A DNA stretch of 64,000 nt from Felis catus (taxonomy: Eukaryota). A program made the translations under genes and the position numbers. The notes beneath the pieces were generated by a model that was not told the origin of the DNA, searched no databases, and saw only the letters and a list, made by a program, of their open reading frames with translations. Of the stretch, positions 13,272 through 28,200 are shown one piece after another; position 1 is the stretch's first letter; every line of letters starts with the position of its first letter. The DNA is taken from contig NC_058383.1 in assembly GCF_018350175.1 (NCBI RefSeq), positions 26,166,001-26,230,000 of the forward strand. The letters are read 5' to 3'.

Positions 13272-16200
13272 AAAGAAAAGAAAAGAAAGAGAGAGAGAGG
13301 AAGGAAGGAAGGAAGGAAGGAAGGAAGGAAGGAAGAAAGAAAAGGAGGGGGGTGCCTGAGTGCCTCAGTCAGTTAAGCGTCCAACTTTGGCTCAGGTCAT
13401 GATCTCACGACTCATGGGTTCGAGCCCCATGTTGGGCTCTGTGCTGACAGCTCAGAGCCTGGAGCCTGCTTTGGATTCTGTGTCTGTCTCTCTCCGTCCC
13501 TCCCACACTCATGTTCTGTCTTTCTCTCTCTCTCTCTCTCTCAAAAATAAACATTAAAAAAAAAAAGACTGTGCGATTTACACTTCATGTTTTAAATCTG
13601 TACCTAAGTATGTTATTCTTTTTGCACATGGAATTGTTTTCTTAATTTCATTCTTGGATCATATATCTCTGTATTTTTAATGCTCAGGTTTTATCCGTGC
13701 TTTGTTCCCCAAACACTAACCAAACATGCCTTATGATTCTGGCATTGTTCTGGTGTCTGGGAATTCAGGGATGAACAATGACACTGGAATGTGAGTTTCT
13801 TGAGTCAGAGACTGGTCTCCTGTTCCCTGAAGTGAATTCACCAGTCTGACCTCATGCCCTTGGTTTTGTTTCAGGGTTTTTTGGAGGAGACCTGCCTCTT
13901 TTATGGACATTACACCATTGATGGGGTGAAATTTCAGAACTTCACCTATGATCTGCCCCTGGCTTATTTGTTAAGCACGATTGCCTACCTGGCCCTGAGT
14001 CTTCTTTGGATAGTGAAAAGGTAAAATTTATCTCTTCATTGTGTTCTTTTTGCATTACCTTTGATGGCTGGAGTTTATTGGAGGTCTGTGGACTCTTGGA
14101 GCCATTGCCCAAAGGATGAGCAGAGGCCAGGAGTAGGATTTGGGAAGAAAGGTCCATGAGTCTTTTGCAGGCAGGGGAGACCTGGAGGAAATGGAAGCAA
14201 AATTTGGGAGCTGGAACAGAAGCCTGGGGTGCTTCAGTCAGTCATAATTACACACATTGGCCAGCACCATAATGTAACCTTACCTTGGATCTGGTGTGGA
14301 TGCTAATCAGGTCTCTACTGGGTTGCAAGTGTTAGAGACCCTACTCTGATTAACTACGGTAAAGGGGAACTGAGGGGCTCAGAGAACCAAGGTAGGGAGG
14401 AAGCTCCAAATTATAGGAAGGGTAAGGATATAGGTATGTCTTCAAACAACCAAAAGCAAAGGCTCCTTCCTCTCTGATTCTCCTGGTGGCAGCTTCCTTG
14501 CATAGACTCTCAGTCACAGGTTCAGAAATCCTTTTGAAGAGACTCATTGATTCTGCTTCATTCAGCTATCCAAACCCGACCCTTCAACTAAGGTCAGCAG
14601 GTCAAGATCGTAGGAGAACGTCTCATTTTCCATGGTAGACCAATGGTTCAGTGGGAGATGCTAATTCCCAAGACATGAATAGCAATGAATATTAATTACT
14701 TTAATTACTAACAAACAACTGTCCTAAAAAGTACCAACAGCCAAACAATAGGAGTTGTATATCTTTCTTACATGAAGTTCTGCATAGAGACACAGGTTAC
14801 TGTGGTAGACTCCTTCTCAGTCATTCTGGGATTCAAGTTTACCAAACTTCAGCCATTTTCAGCATTGGCTAGAAAGGCAGGAAGGGAAAACAAACATGGA
14901 GGAGTATCACATGGGAGATGTTTATAGGCTAGGCCTGGAAGTGATGCACATCGTTTACATTCCATTAGTTATAGACCAAAGATAACTGTGGGGGAGGCTG
15001 GGAGATGTCCCTGGGCTGGCAGCTATTTTCTAGCACTAATATAATACTATAGGAGAACCGCAGGTTTTTAATGGACAACTTGCTCGCTCTGCCCCAACGA
15101 TGTTGGTCAGCAGGCAAGGTTGTGGGTGGGCACCTCTCTTAACCCGCTTCACTGTCTACATGAGAGCATACGTGCTATAAGCCGTGGGGCTCTGAAGCTC
15201 CTTATCACAGGCATAGAAGGGACCAGGATGTTGAGGACTGAGTTGCCCTCCACAGAGACTAGGATTTATCACCACAGAAAAAGCCCCAGAGACTAGCTGG
15301 GCACTCATATCCTGTGTTGGCATCTATGAGATGAAAATTAAGTGCTGTGTGTCCATCGCCCACTCAAATGGGCAGCATACTGATGCAAAAAAGCAGTGGC
15401 TCATTTTGAGAGCAGAGAGATGCATGGTAGAGAAATGTTAGTTGATTGGGGTCTGGCTTTGCTACTCTATGATTATGGCAGGGACAGATCCAAGTTTTAT
15501 GGGCCTGCGGTTTAGACAGTTTGGAGGGGCCCTCTTTTTTTTTTTATTTTTTTTAATTTTTTTTTTTCAACGTTTTTATTTTATTTTATTTTTGGGACAG
15601 AGAGAGACAGAGCATGAACGGGGGAGGGGCAGAGAGAGAGGGAGACACAGAATCGGAAACAGGCTCCAGGCTCTGAGCCATCAGCCCAGAGCCTGACGCG
15701 GGGCTCGAACTCCCGGACCGCGAGATCGTGACCTGGCTGAAGTCGGACGCTTAACCGACTGCGCCACCCAGGCGCCCTGAGAGGGGCCCTCTTTAAGATG
15801 AAGAATACAAAAAGGTCTTGTGTAAAGTCTGAAAAAATAAACACAACAGGACCATATGAACACGTTGCTGGAGGCTCTCCCAGGACCTTGGAAGGAGTCC
15901 TAGAGAAGATTTAAGCTTTATTAGCCGAATAGTGACTCCACCTTCAGACCTTGCCCAAGCTCCTCACCTCAGGGCTCTGATTGCTTCCTGAGGAAGACTG
16001 GAGGGAGGCCTGGGTGTGATGTCATGGGGAAAGTCTATCCCAGGAGGAGGAAGTGCTATTAACAGCAAAGAGCCTGGACTTCGGGGTCCAGAGACCAAGG
16101 TTCAAACACCCCTTCACCTCTGTGAGCCTCATTTTCTTCCCCTGTGAAATGGAAGATTAACTGAAACAAGGCAGGTAAAGGACTGAGTACTGGCACCTTC

Positions 16201-19200
16201 CAGACATTTATTGAATTAAAATTACCATCGTTGTCACTGTCAAATTAGCCCCAGTTCTTGCCCTCACTCTCTGGATCTAGGGAAATAATTTTTCCCATCT
16301 CTGTATCTCTGCTTTCTCATCTGTAAAATGTAGTTTTGGTCTAAATCATAGGGTTTCAACTGGGATAGGACCTCAGAATCCCCATGGAGCTTGCTAAAAT
16401 AACGTATTTCTGGACCCCACGTGGGATCTCCTGAATTAGTAATCTCAGAGTGTGAGGCCTCCTGGGCGTCTGCATTTTGGAAGAGCACCCCAGGTGGTTC
16501 TGATATACAATTTTTGCTGTGACCTTTTGGCAGAATGACTGATAACTGTAATTTCCTTATACTTCAGCTGTCTTTACAACTCACTAGCAAATCCTAAAAA
16601 TATCCTGTTGCCTCTACACAGTCTGTGGCATTCGATGTTTTCGTATCATCAAAGGCTGGGGTGTATTTTTTCCAGGAAGGCATTTGAATGAATTAAAATT
16701 ATGAAATGTGCCACCGAGTGGCATCTGACCTAAATAGGTGCTCACTAAATATTTGGCTATTTTACCATTTAAGTCATTTATACATTGATTTATCCATCAA
16801 TTATATTTGGTCATATTATGGTCCAGGCATTCCAGATATAAAAATGGCCAGATAGCCAGGGTACTTGCCCTCAAGGAATTTAAAATTTAGTCCAGTTGGG
16901 GCGCCTGTGTGGCTCAGTCAGTTAAGCGTCCGACTTTGGCTCAGGTCATGATCTCGCGGTTTGGGAGTTCAAGCTCCAGATTGGGCTCTCTGCTCTCAGC
17001 ATAGAGCCTGCTTCAGATCCTGTCTCCCTCTCTCTCTGCCCCTCCCCTGCTCGTGCTGTCTCTCTCAAAAAATAAGTAAACATTAAAAATTTTGTTAATT
17101 GAGTCAGGTTAAGGGGCTGCAAGATGATTGCGGATTAGGTTCATTGTCTTGAAGAAAACAGACTAATTTGAAGTGGGGGTCACAACTTCAGATGGGGCAG
17201 TGAGGAATCTTTGCAAGGGATATTTGAGCTGGAACCTGAATGATGCAAAAGGAGCAGCCTTGGGAAGAGGCAGGGGAAGAAATGTCCCAAGAGGGGGTAG
17301 AGGGTCCTGTAAGTACAAAGGCCCTGGGGCCGGAGAAATTTGTGTGTTTATAGAAAGGAAACAAAGCCATGGTAGTCACAGCAGAATGGCTGTATGGGAG
17401 GAAAGATGGCACAGTGCAGGATCCCTAGGCTGTGTTAAAGAGTTTAGATTTATTCCAGCTGTGAGAAAAGCCACTGGGCAGATGACATAATTGTCAACAA
17501 GCTACCTGTTTAACTGCCACTCATATTTAGAATGGTCCAGAACGTGTCCATGTCAAAATGAGTGGAAAATGCAGCCATGCATTTTTTTTTAAATTGTAAA
17601 CAAAGCCAATCGGTGGGCCTGTATGCTGTTCTTAAAAGAAGGGGAATCATGTCTTGGGCTCAGGTCAGTGGAAGGGTTCAAAATCAACCTGATCCGGAGC
17701 GAGGAGCACTTTCAGAGTTACTGCAACAAGATCTTTGCTGGCTGGGACTTCTGCATCACCAACCGTAGCATGGCGGACCTGAAGCACAGCAGCCTGCGGT
17801 ATGAGCTCCGGGTGAGTGCTGCTGGCTTTTCCCTCGGCGGGTTCCTTGCCAGCAAAGTCGTGCCTTGGAAAGCGGGGGTTGTAGCTTGCAGAGCAGCTGG
17901 GTCGGGGCCAGGCTGTCTTCAGTACTCGGCAGGTTTCCCCAGTGTTGGTTTCAAGAGCTTTCCACGGAGGGTGCCACTGGGTGGCTCAGTCAGGTAAGTG
18001 TTCGACTTCGGCTCAGGTCATAATTTCATAGTGTATGAGTTCAAGCCCCACATCGGGCTCTGCATTGGTGGTGCAGAGCCTGCTTGGGATTCTCTCTGTC
18101 TCTGTCTCTCTCTCTCTCTCTGCCCCTTCCCCACTTGTGCTCTGTCTCAAAATTAATAAATAAACTTAAAAAAAACACAGAGCTTTCCACAGAGATCCCC
18201 TTACCCTAAGCATGGAGCTGATGGACTGGTGATTGGAGGAGATGTGGGGACATGATGGTGGGTGGGAGGGGAGAGTATCTTCCCTCCTTCCCCACCACCT
18301 CATGCTGTTATTTTTCCACCTGTTGAGAATCTGTCATGCATCACTTATACCAGGAGAAGCAACTAAGGGAGGCCACAATGATAAGGTGGAGTGGAGAATA
18401 CAAAAAAGTACAAACGAATTTCCAGATTCATAAGGGGAGAAAGAGGAACAAATAGTATCTTGACCAAACCTACCAAAAAAAAGAGGAGGGGACAATTATA
18501 TCAAAACCATAATAAAGTAAGATGGAAGGAATCAAATTAAATGTATTATGTGTTTAAAGGAACGGCACAGGGTACCTGGCTGGCTCAGTCAAGTAAGCGT
18601 CCAACTTCGGCTCAGGTCGTGATCTCGCAGTTCATGAGTTCCAGCCCCACATCAGGCTTGTTGCTGTCAGTCTGTCAGCACAGAGCCTGCCTTGGATCCT
18701 TTGCCCTCCTCTCTTTCTGCCCCTCCCCTGCTCACGCTCCCTCCCTCCCTCCCTCTCTCTCTCTCTGTCTTTCAAAAAATAAATAAAACATTAAAAAAAA
18801 TTTAAAGGAATGGCACATACTGCATGTAAGTAATGTCATGAATAGGTTATGCTTCCGTTTTCACATTTATTGTGGAGTCTAACTGTTGCCTTAAATAGGA
18901 GGCTCTACCTTGACTTAGGTCTTTAGTAGACATGAAGACTAGTTGAGCTTGGTCTGGGAAGATACCTGGGGGGAGATGAATGCTTAAGGAAGGTCTTATA
19001 GATGGCTGGATAGGGCACGACGGTGAATCACATGTTCAACCCCTGAGTATCGCTTCACCTAGTGCTCACAGATGAGTTTTCTTTGGCCCTCAGGCAGATC
19101 TGGAGGAAGAAAGAATACGGCAGAAGATAGCAGAAAGGACCTCGGAAGAAACAATACGGATTTACTCTTTGAGACTGTTTTTGAACTGCATTGTTCTGGC

Positions 19201-22200
19201 TGTTTTAGCTGCATGCTTTTATGCAATTTATAGAGCAACGATATTCTCACAAGAGCACATGAAAAAAGTGAGTACTCTGTGAAAGTCAGTTTAACTTTTG
19301 CTTGGGCTGGACATTTTGTAGGCCAAGTGCAGTGTCTGAAGTGGATATAAATCTGGCTGATATGACAGAGAACTGGAAAATCAGAGGTACCAATTTCCAC
19401 TTTGATTTTATTTATTTATGTATTGTTTTAAAAGTAGGCTTCACTCCCAGTGGGGAGCCCATCGTGGCGCTTGAACTCACAACCCTGAAATCAAGACCTG
19501 AGCCGAGATCAAAAGTTGGACGCTAAACTGACTGAGCCGCCCAGGAGCTCACAATTTCCACTTTTAATAAAAATACAAAAGCATCCAAAAAGAGTGTTTG
19601 GAATTCTTCCTGGAATCCACAGGATTCAAAATTCAGGCTTGCCTGCCTAGATTTAATTGCCAACTCCACTACTTACTAGCTGGGGCCCCACTTTACCTAA
19701 AATAGCAGTTGTTTTAGGGGCGCCTGGATGACTTAGTCGGTTAAGCGTCCGACTTTGGCTCAGATCATGATCTCGCGGTCTGTGAGTTCGAGCCCCGCAC
19801 TGGGCTCTGTGCTCACAGCTCAGAACCTGGAGCCTGCTTCGTTCGGATTCTGTGTCTCCCTCTCTCTCTGCCTCTCCCCCACTTGTACTCTGTTTCTCTC
19901 TCTCTCTCAAAAATAAATAAAACATTTAAAAAAGTTTAATAGCAGTGGTTTAAAAAAGCCAAGTTCGTCTGGTGGCTCTACTTCATGAAATCAATCATCG
20001 GAGTCCCTGGTTCATTCCTGTTGTGGCCCTGTCATTCTTAGGATGTGTTCTCTTCTATGTGGTACGAGACAGTTGAGCACATTCACGTTCTAGCCAATGG
20101 GAAGGGGTCGGGGAAGGCACACCGTTTCCTTCAAGGGCAAGACCTAGTGCTTGCACTTAAAACTTCCACTCACATCCCTGATTGCTGTACCTAGCTATAA
20201 GGGAGGCCAGGAAACATAGTTTTATCCCAGATAGCCACATATGTGACCAATTAGTCTATTACTCTGAAAGGAGGGACTGGCTAGTCCAAATCAATTACTA
20301 CTATGGCCTTAATAATACTTTAAATTGCCCATTAATACAGATTCCATGGATTTTTTCTTTCTTTTTTTTAATGTTTATTTATTTATTTTGTGGGGGAGAG
20401 AGAGAGATACCATGAGCAGGGGAGGAGCAGAGAGAGAGAGGGAGAGAGAGAATCCCAAGCAGGCTCCGCACTCAGCATAGAGCACGACTTGAGGCTTGAT
20501 CTCACAACCATGAGATCGTGACCTGAGCCAAAATCAAGAGTCAGATGCTTAACCGACTGAGCCACCCAGGCGCCCCATCCATGGGTTTCTTTCAATACTT
20601 GACCTTAATCCAATAGAGCTAATTTTTCTTCCTGAGGTGCTAGAGCACAGTTCCTCTATTTGAACACCCGAGGAAGGAAATGGCTTATGTTTATGGGCCA
20701 TGTTGAATGACATATATGTTTTCTTCTGTTTGTTTTCTAAATATGTATAGTTGAGCTCTTTTTTTGTTTGTTTCTTCCAGTTTTATTGAAATACGATTGA
20801 CATATAGCATATAAGGTGTTCAGCATAATGACTTGACTACGTCAGAGTTAAGTTCTTTCAAGGTCAAGTCATCTGGGTGCAAACTTCCCTTTGTTATCTT
20901 CACAGGAAATTGACAAGATGGTTTTTGGAGAGAACCTTTTGATATTGTACCTGCCTTCTATTGTGATCACGCTGGCCAATTTTATCACCCCAATGATCTT
21001 TGCCAAAATCATCCACTATGAGGATTATTCCCCAGGCTTTGAGATCCGGCTGACAATCCTTAGGTAATGCCTAGACATGCCAAGCAGATCACCACTTGCC
21101 CGCTTTCTTGCTCATGGCAGACATTGCTGATCAATTGTGGCACCTTTTCCTGCCGAGCCAAGAGGCCTCTACAGCCTTCAGACAGCCTCTGTGAATGAAT
21201 CGGAGTGTGCCCATGCAGTGAAATCTCTTTGACTTAAGCATGTACTCAGCGGTACTAAATTTTTTGTACATGTGTTAGCATATCAACAGCCGAGGGCATG
21301 AGGTGGAGGCCCTGGGAGGCGGTGTTGCTCGGAAGATGTTAGTGTTTACCAGCAGGGGAGTGAGGGAATGAGAGAGAGAGAGAGAAGGGATAAAATGTAT
21401 CTTATTGGAGCTGTTGGCAGCTGGGGCTCAGTCCTACTGGACAACTGGGAGTTTGGGTAGGAAAGCTCTTAAGAGTGTTCCCACCCAACAAGGCACTCAT
21501 CCTGGACTTCCTAAAGGTGGCTGGCTCCCGGAGGCATGAATTCCCTCACATTGCCACCTCACTACCCGGTGTAAGGGCCTTGGGAGGAGAGGGGAGGAGA
21601 GTCACAGGGGCTTACTGCACGAACCTGCCTGAGGCATCTACTGGTATAGTGAGTACCAAGAAAATGTGGCTAAGTCACTGACCAGATGTGTTTCAGCTGA
21701 CTTCTTATAACTTGTTGTAATATCTCTCTTCATTCTTAATAAATGTTCAGTTTCCTAGAAAAAAGAAAGAAAGGACAGCTGTAAAGCAGGGTCTGGGGAG
21801 CTAACACAAATGAGCTGAAGAGAACCAGGTGGGGACAGTGTGAAATAGAGCATTTCATACCTCAGAGGGCATTTGCTTCTTAAAAACAAATCTTTTTTTT
21901 TTTTAATGTTTATTCATTTTTTGAGAGAGAGACAGAGCACAAGCAGGGGAGGGGCAGAGAGAGAGGGGGAGACAGAGAATCCCAAGCAGGCTCCAGACTC
22001 TGAGCTGTTAGCACTGAGACCGACGCGGGGCTCGAACTCACAAACTGTGAGATCATGACCTGGGCTGAAGTCAGATGCCCAACCGCCTGAGCCACCCAGG
22101 CGCCCCCAAAACTTTTACAGAACAAAAGGTATAATGAACCCCCCATATGCCCATCACTTAGTTTCAATCATTACCAACATTTGGCTAATCTTGTTTCACC

Positions 22201-25200
22201 TGTCCCGCTCCCCAACTTTTGCTGGATTATTCTGCCCAAATCTTATTTCACCTTTTTTTTTCTTCCTTAACATACTGTCATCATACCTAATAAAATCAAG
22301 CCAGTTACCTGATGAAGTTGCAAATGGCTTTCTAGGATTGTTTTGTTCAAACCAGGATCCAAACAGGATCCACATGCTACGTTTGGTTGTTATGTCTCTT
22401 AAGCCCCCTTTATTCTTTTAAGAATTCCCCTTCCCCTTCTTTATGCCATTGATTTGGGTGGACACTGGGCGTTTGTCCCGTAGAACATCGCCTAGTGTGG
22501 ATTTAGTTCATTGTTTCTTCGTGGTGTATTGTATCCTCCTGTTGCCTACAGTTGCTCTAAACTGTGTCAAATCTGACTTTTCATTAGATTCCATTTTTAG
22601 TGGTGGGCCCATCCCCAGTGGTGCTGGGCACTCACATTCTGCCAGGAGGGACACAACGTCAGGTGGCAGGCTATGTATCCAGAAGAGTGCTTTGCTCCCC
22701 CCTCCTAACTTTTTCATATTTCTATTTTTTTTACAAGCAAACAATAGAAAAGCATCTTTCAAAAAGGTTAGCCCACTCTGTCCTCCTGTCTTTGTTTATT
22801 TGTGAGAGAAAGAGTGCATGAGAGGTGCAGAGAGAGAGGGAGACAGAGAATCCCAAGCAGGCTCCACACTGTCAGCGCAGAGCTTGACATGGGGCTTGAA
22901 CTCACAAACCTTGAGATCATGACCCGAGCCAAATTCAAGAGTCGGATGCTGGGCCAGTTGAGTCACCCAGGCGCCCCTGCCCTCCTGTCTTGAATCCTGC
23001 TTCCCCCAGGCAGCTCCCATCTGCATGGTTGCCATTGTCCATCTGCCTGTTTTGTGTTCTTCCAGAAATAGGATCCTATCTAAGTGACACTCTGTAACAT
23101 GCTTTTTCCACTCCCCAATAATATCAGACATCTCTCAAAGCTTCTACTTAAAAGACACAATTAGTTCCCTTCAGGAATGTGTAATGTTCTGTAGTGTGGC
23201 TGCATCATCATGGATGCAGGAATTCCCAGCTTTTTGATCTCCCCCCCCCCATTTAAAAATTTGTAGCAAATTACATATACAGCATGAAATTTCCCATTTT
23301 AGATATTTTTAAGTGTACAATTCAGTGGCATTAAGTACATTCCCAGTGTTGCTACCAGCACTACTATCCTTTTCCAGAACGTTCTCATAATCCCAAACAG
23401 AAACTCTCTAATATTTCTAGATTTGCTTTGAAGCTTTTCCACTCGTAGCTTCAGTTCCAAGGAGCCGGCCTGCCCTGAGGCCTCCTCGTCCTGTACCCTC
23501 CCCTCCCTCTTTTCCCTGCAGGTGTGTGTTCATGCGCCTGGCCACCATCTGTGTGCTGGTATTCACCCTGGGCTCCAAGATTACATCCTGTGATAACTAC
23601 TCCTGTGAGCTCTGTGGCTACAACCAGAAACTCTACCCGGTGAGGCTGCAGGGATGGGGGTGTCCTGCAGGGTGGGTCATCCTGGGGTGACAGACTCAAG
23701 GTTAAGAGAACAGCCCTCAAACCTCTGGGTTTGAATCCCATATTGGCCCACTTTCCTGCTGTATGGCACAGTCCGACACAGGAGACACTTCTATAGGCTT
23801 GAAAACCAAAGTCTGTGCTGGAGCTCAGAGGAGCATCTGCTGGTGGCCTCCAGAGGTAGCAGGATCTGTGGGCGAAAAGGGCTCTGGAAGGAATCTGAGA
23901 ACCTGGCACTCTCTCTCTCTTTTTTTTTTTACGATTTTATTTTTAAGTAACCTCTCCACCCAGTATGCAGCTTGAACCCACAACCCCGAGATCCAGAGTG
24001 CATGCCCTACCAACCGAGCCAGCCGGGAGCCCCAAGGGCCTCATTTTCTCTTGATCTCTTTGGTTCCAGTGCTGGGAGACCCAAGTTGGACAGGAAATGT
24101 ACAAGCTGATGATCTTCGACCTCATCATCATCTTGGCCGTGACGCTTTTTGTGGATTTTCCTAGAAAGTAAGCGTGAGGGATACCCCTCTTATTTCCCCT
24201 ACCCCTCCGACCCCCTCCCCAGTCCTCGCTGGAGGCTCCCACCACAGCTGCTTCACAGAGTGCTGACAGAAATCACCAACAACCATCTGGTGACTTTTAA
24301 CTTGCTCTGGGCCATTGACCTCATGGTCCATTAGGTGCCCCCTTTCTGAAAGGCAGCATAAACAGAAATGGTGCTGCTTTCCATGGGGCTTCCGTGGAGG
24401 TGGCTTCCAGCCATTAGCACAGCCACTGTCAGGGGAGACCTGGGTTCATGCCCCAGGACTGCCACTTGCTGGTCATGTGACCTTGGGCAAATTATTTAAG
24501 CTTTGTGCCTCTTTTCCTACCTGCGGAATGGGGATGGTAGCATTAGCCACTTGACTGCACTGTCGTGAGGATCACATGAGAAAACGCAGAGATAAGTACT
24601 GAGCACTCAAGAAAATACTATCACCACATGATCGCCATTATTTAAAAAAATTTAAAAAAAATTTTTCTTAATGTTTATTTGAGAGAGAGAAAGAGAGCAT
24701 GATCAGGGGAGGGGCAGAGAGAGAGGGAGACACATAATCCAAAGCAGGCTCCAGGCTCTGAGCTGTCAGCACAGAGCCCGATGTGAGTCGTGAACTCATG
24801 AGCCTTGAGATCATGACCTGAGCTGAAGGTGGACACTCAACAGACTGAACCACCCAGGTGCCCCACATGATCACCATTATTTTGTCATCATATTATTATT
24901 GGCATCTCCTTGAGCCTTAAATGAAACTGTTTACTTAACCACTTTTTTTACCCAGGTGTACAAATTATTCAGGCATGTCAGAAGTCCAGTAAGCCCTTCA
25001 AAACCAACTTTAAAAAAGAAAGTGTCCTTTTAAAAACCTACACAAATATGATATGAATGTGTGCTTATTTAAAAATGTTAAATATTTAGTATTTAAATAA
25101 ATACAGAAGTCCAGAGAATAGTGAGACTTCTCTTTTGTTACCGTCCCCTTAACTCCCCAGTCCTACCTTATTTCTCAGACGTGGCCATTGGGGTAGATCC

Positions 25201-28200
25201 AGCAGTCCTGGGGCATCTGGGTGGCTCAGTCAGTTAAGCATCTAACTCTCCATTTTGGCTCAGGTCATGATCTCATGGTTCATGAGATCGAGCCCTGTGT
25301 CTAGCTCCATGCTAACAGCATGAAGCCTGCTTGGGATTCTCTCTCTCCCTCTCCCCCTCTCCCCTACCCATACATGTACATTCCCTCTCCCTCTCCCTCT
25401 CTCAAAAAAATAAATAAATAAAAACAAAGACACATTCACATAACTACATGTGTAAGTAAACACACAGTCTTGCTAGAAGTGTTCTTTTTCCGCCTTTAAA
25501 TGGGATCACGGTACATCTGCATTGGTCTGCAACTTACTTGTTTTCCTCCCTTGCACACACAAAATATCATGAATAACTTTCCAGTCAGGACACATGGATT
25601 TTCCTTGTTCATTTTAAGGACTGTATAATGTTCCACTGTGTCTGTGGCATATAGTTTGTCAATGTAGCCCCTACTGATGGTCATTTAGGATGTTTCTAGT
25701 ATTTAAAAAAAATTTTTTTAATGCTTGTTGTATTTTTGAGAGACAGAGAAAGAGAGAGGGAGAGAGAACATGAGCAGGGGAGGAGCAGAGAGAGAGAGAG
25801 GAAGACACAGAATCTGAAACAGGCTCCAGGCTCTGAGCTGTCAGCACAGAGCCTGATGCAGGGCTCGAACTCACGAATCATGAGATTGTGACCTGAGCCG
25901 AAGTCAGTGCTTAACTGACTGAGCCACACAGGCGCCCCTGTTTCCAGTATTTTTGCTAACACGTGGCAATCCGCAGTGAACAACTATGTGTGTTAGTCAC
26001 AGGCCCCTGCTTCTGGGGTTTCCATGGGAAGATTCTAGGATTCCAGGAAGCGATTATGCTAGGTGGTAGGATTCTCATAAGCCATTTTCTGTGTGAATGC
26101 ACATTACTTTTTGAGCTGAGTGGCAAGCCAGTACACAGAGACTGCCATTAATGGTCACCACAATCTGGTGTGGTAGGTTGTGTTATAATTCCCCTACATT
26201 CAATATGAGGAAACGAACCTCATCTGACCTTATCTGGCTGGTAAACTGTAGATCTGAGATTCAGACTCTGGTCTCAATGATTCCAGAGTTCACGGTCTTC
26301 TGCATCTAAACATAATAACTAACCAGTTTCCATGAGAAATGTGTGTGGAAATAGCCGTGATTTGGGGGACGTGGTTCTGTGGCCTTGGCAGGTACTGGCA
26401 ATCCAGGTGAGAAATTGTCCTGTTTGTTTCCAGGCTCCTGGTGACCTACTGTTCCTCTTGGAAACTGGTTCAGTGCTGGGGACAGCAGGAATTTGCCATT
26501 CCTGATAACGTTCTGGGGATTGTTTATGGGCAAACCATTTGCTGGATTGGAGCCTTTTTCTCCCCTCTTCTCCCTGCAATTGCAACCTTGAAACTCATTA
26601 TCATCTTTTATGTGAAAGAGGTAAGGAGAAGGTTCGGCAGGGGGCTGATATTCTGGACCATTCTTGACCTTGCAAGGCATTCGGCAGTCGTGTGACTGGA
26701 GCCTATCCACGTCCCATCAGATGTATCAAAACTACATTCCTTATTCGATACATATTTTTATTCTGGAAAAAAAGACTTTGAATGGATTTCCACATTTTTA
26801 TAATTTTGAGAGTCTTAAGATTTTTTTTTTTTTTTGCTCCTGTGATTTAAATGTTGTTTTTGTAGGTAACCATCTAAAAGTTGAGTTGTAATTGATCCAT
26901 CAGTTGGTAGTGGCACATCTGGTGGTGTTTAACAAAGCATTTATTAATTTAAGTTTTGTCATTTTCTGTTTAGATGTTGGAGGCATTGTATTTATTTTCA
27001 GGTGTCAGTTATTTGTGTAGCTCCTTGAAGGCTCACGGGAAGTAAGTATTGTGTCTGAACTAAGTGCTGAATGGGTAGAGTGGCCCTGCAGATGACTGAC
27101 TGATCTGGGCTTCATTACTGAGCTTCTTTTATTATTATTGTTGTTATTATTATTGTTATTATTATTATTATTATTGTTATTATTATAGAAGCAATAGATG
27201 CTCAATATCAAACATTTAAACAATGCAGATATGTATACAGTAACTTTCATCCCTTCTTCCAGAGGTGCCATCTACTAATAAGCCCCACACTTATTTTTTT
27301 TTATTTTTATTAAAAAAAAATTTTTTTTTAACGTTTATTTATTTTTGAGACAGAGAGAGACAGAGCATGAACAGGGGAGGAGCAGAGAGAGAGGGAGACA
27401 CAGAATCTGAAACAGGCTCCAGGCTCCGAGCTGTCAGCACAGAGCCCGACGCGGGGCTCGAACTCACGGTCCATGAGATCATGACCTGAGCCGAAGTCGG
27501 ACGCTTAACCGACCAAGCCACCCAGGCACCCCAGCCCCACACTTATTAATTACCTATTATGCCAAGCCCTGAGGATTCAGAAATGGAAATAATAATATTA
27601 ATATTCATAATGACAGTAATCATAATGATAAGAATACCATGTACTCCCCTGCCCCGCTGAACACCTTCCATAGGCTATCATATAATGCTTATACACATCT
27701 TTTGAAGTAGGTACTGACGTTAATCATATTTTATAAATCAGGAAGCTGAAGTTCAGAGAGGTTAAGTAACTGGTCCGAGGTCACATAGCTTATAAGTGAC
27801 TCCAGGTTTACTTCACTCAAGACCTAAGCTATTTAATCCTTAGGTAAGCAGAGCCTTGAATTGAGCCTACCCAGATGTTTTGGCCTTTGAAGAATGTTCT
27901 GATGCTTTCATTTGGAAACTTCAATTGGTTGAAGTAACCGAAGGAGAGGTGGATGTGAGAAAACATACAGGAACTTGTTCCCTTTCCAGAAAATATTGGT
28001 TACCCAGTGCTTTCCTGGTGTGTAGCCCAGTAAAGATATGTAGGAGTAACAGAATAGGTCAGGGGCGCATGGCTGAGTTCTGACACTACAGGCCTGACCA
28101 GCTAGCCACCCCCAAACAGGACACCGGGGGTCCCTAGTACTCTTTGCCGTCTGGCTCAGATGATTTTCTGGCTTCTGCTGAAGTCAGAACGGCTTGCTGC

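Noticed and set aside
26911..26928. Weak CTCF-like motif (minus strand CCACCAGATGTGCC)
   Set aside because: Mismatches in the GGCR part of the core; not distinguishable from chance
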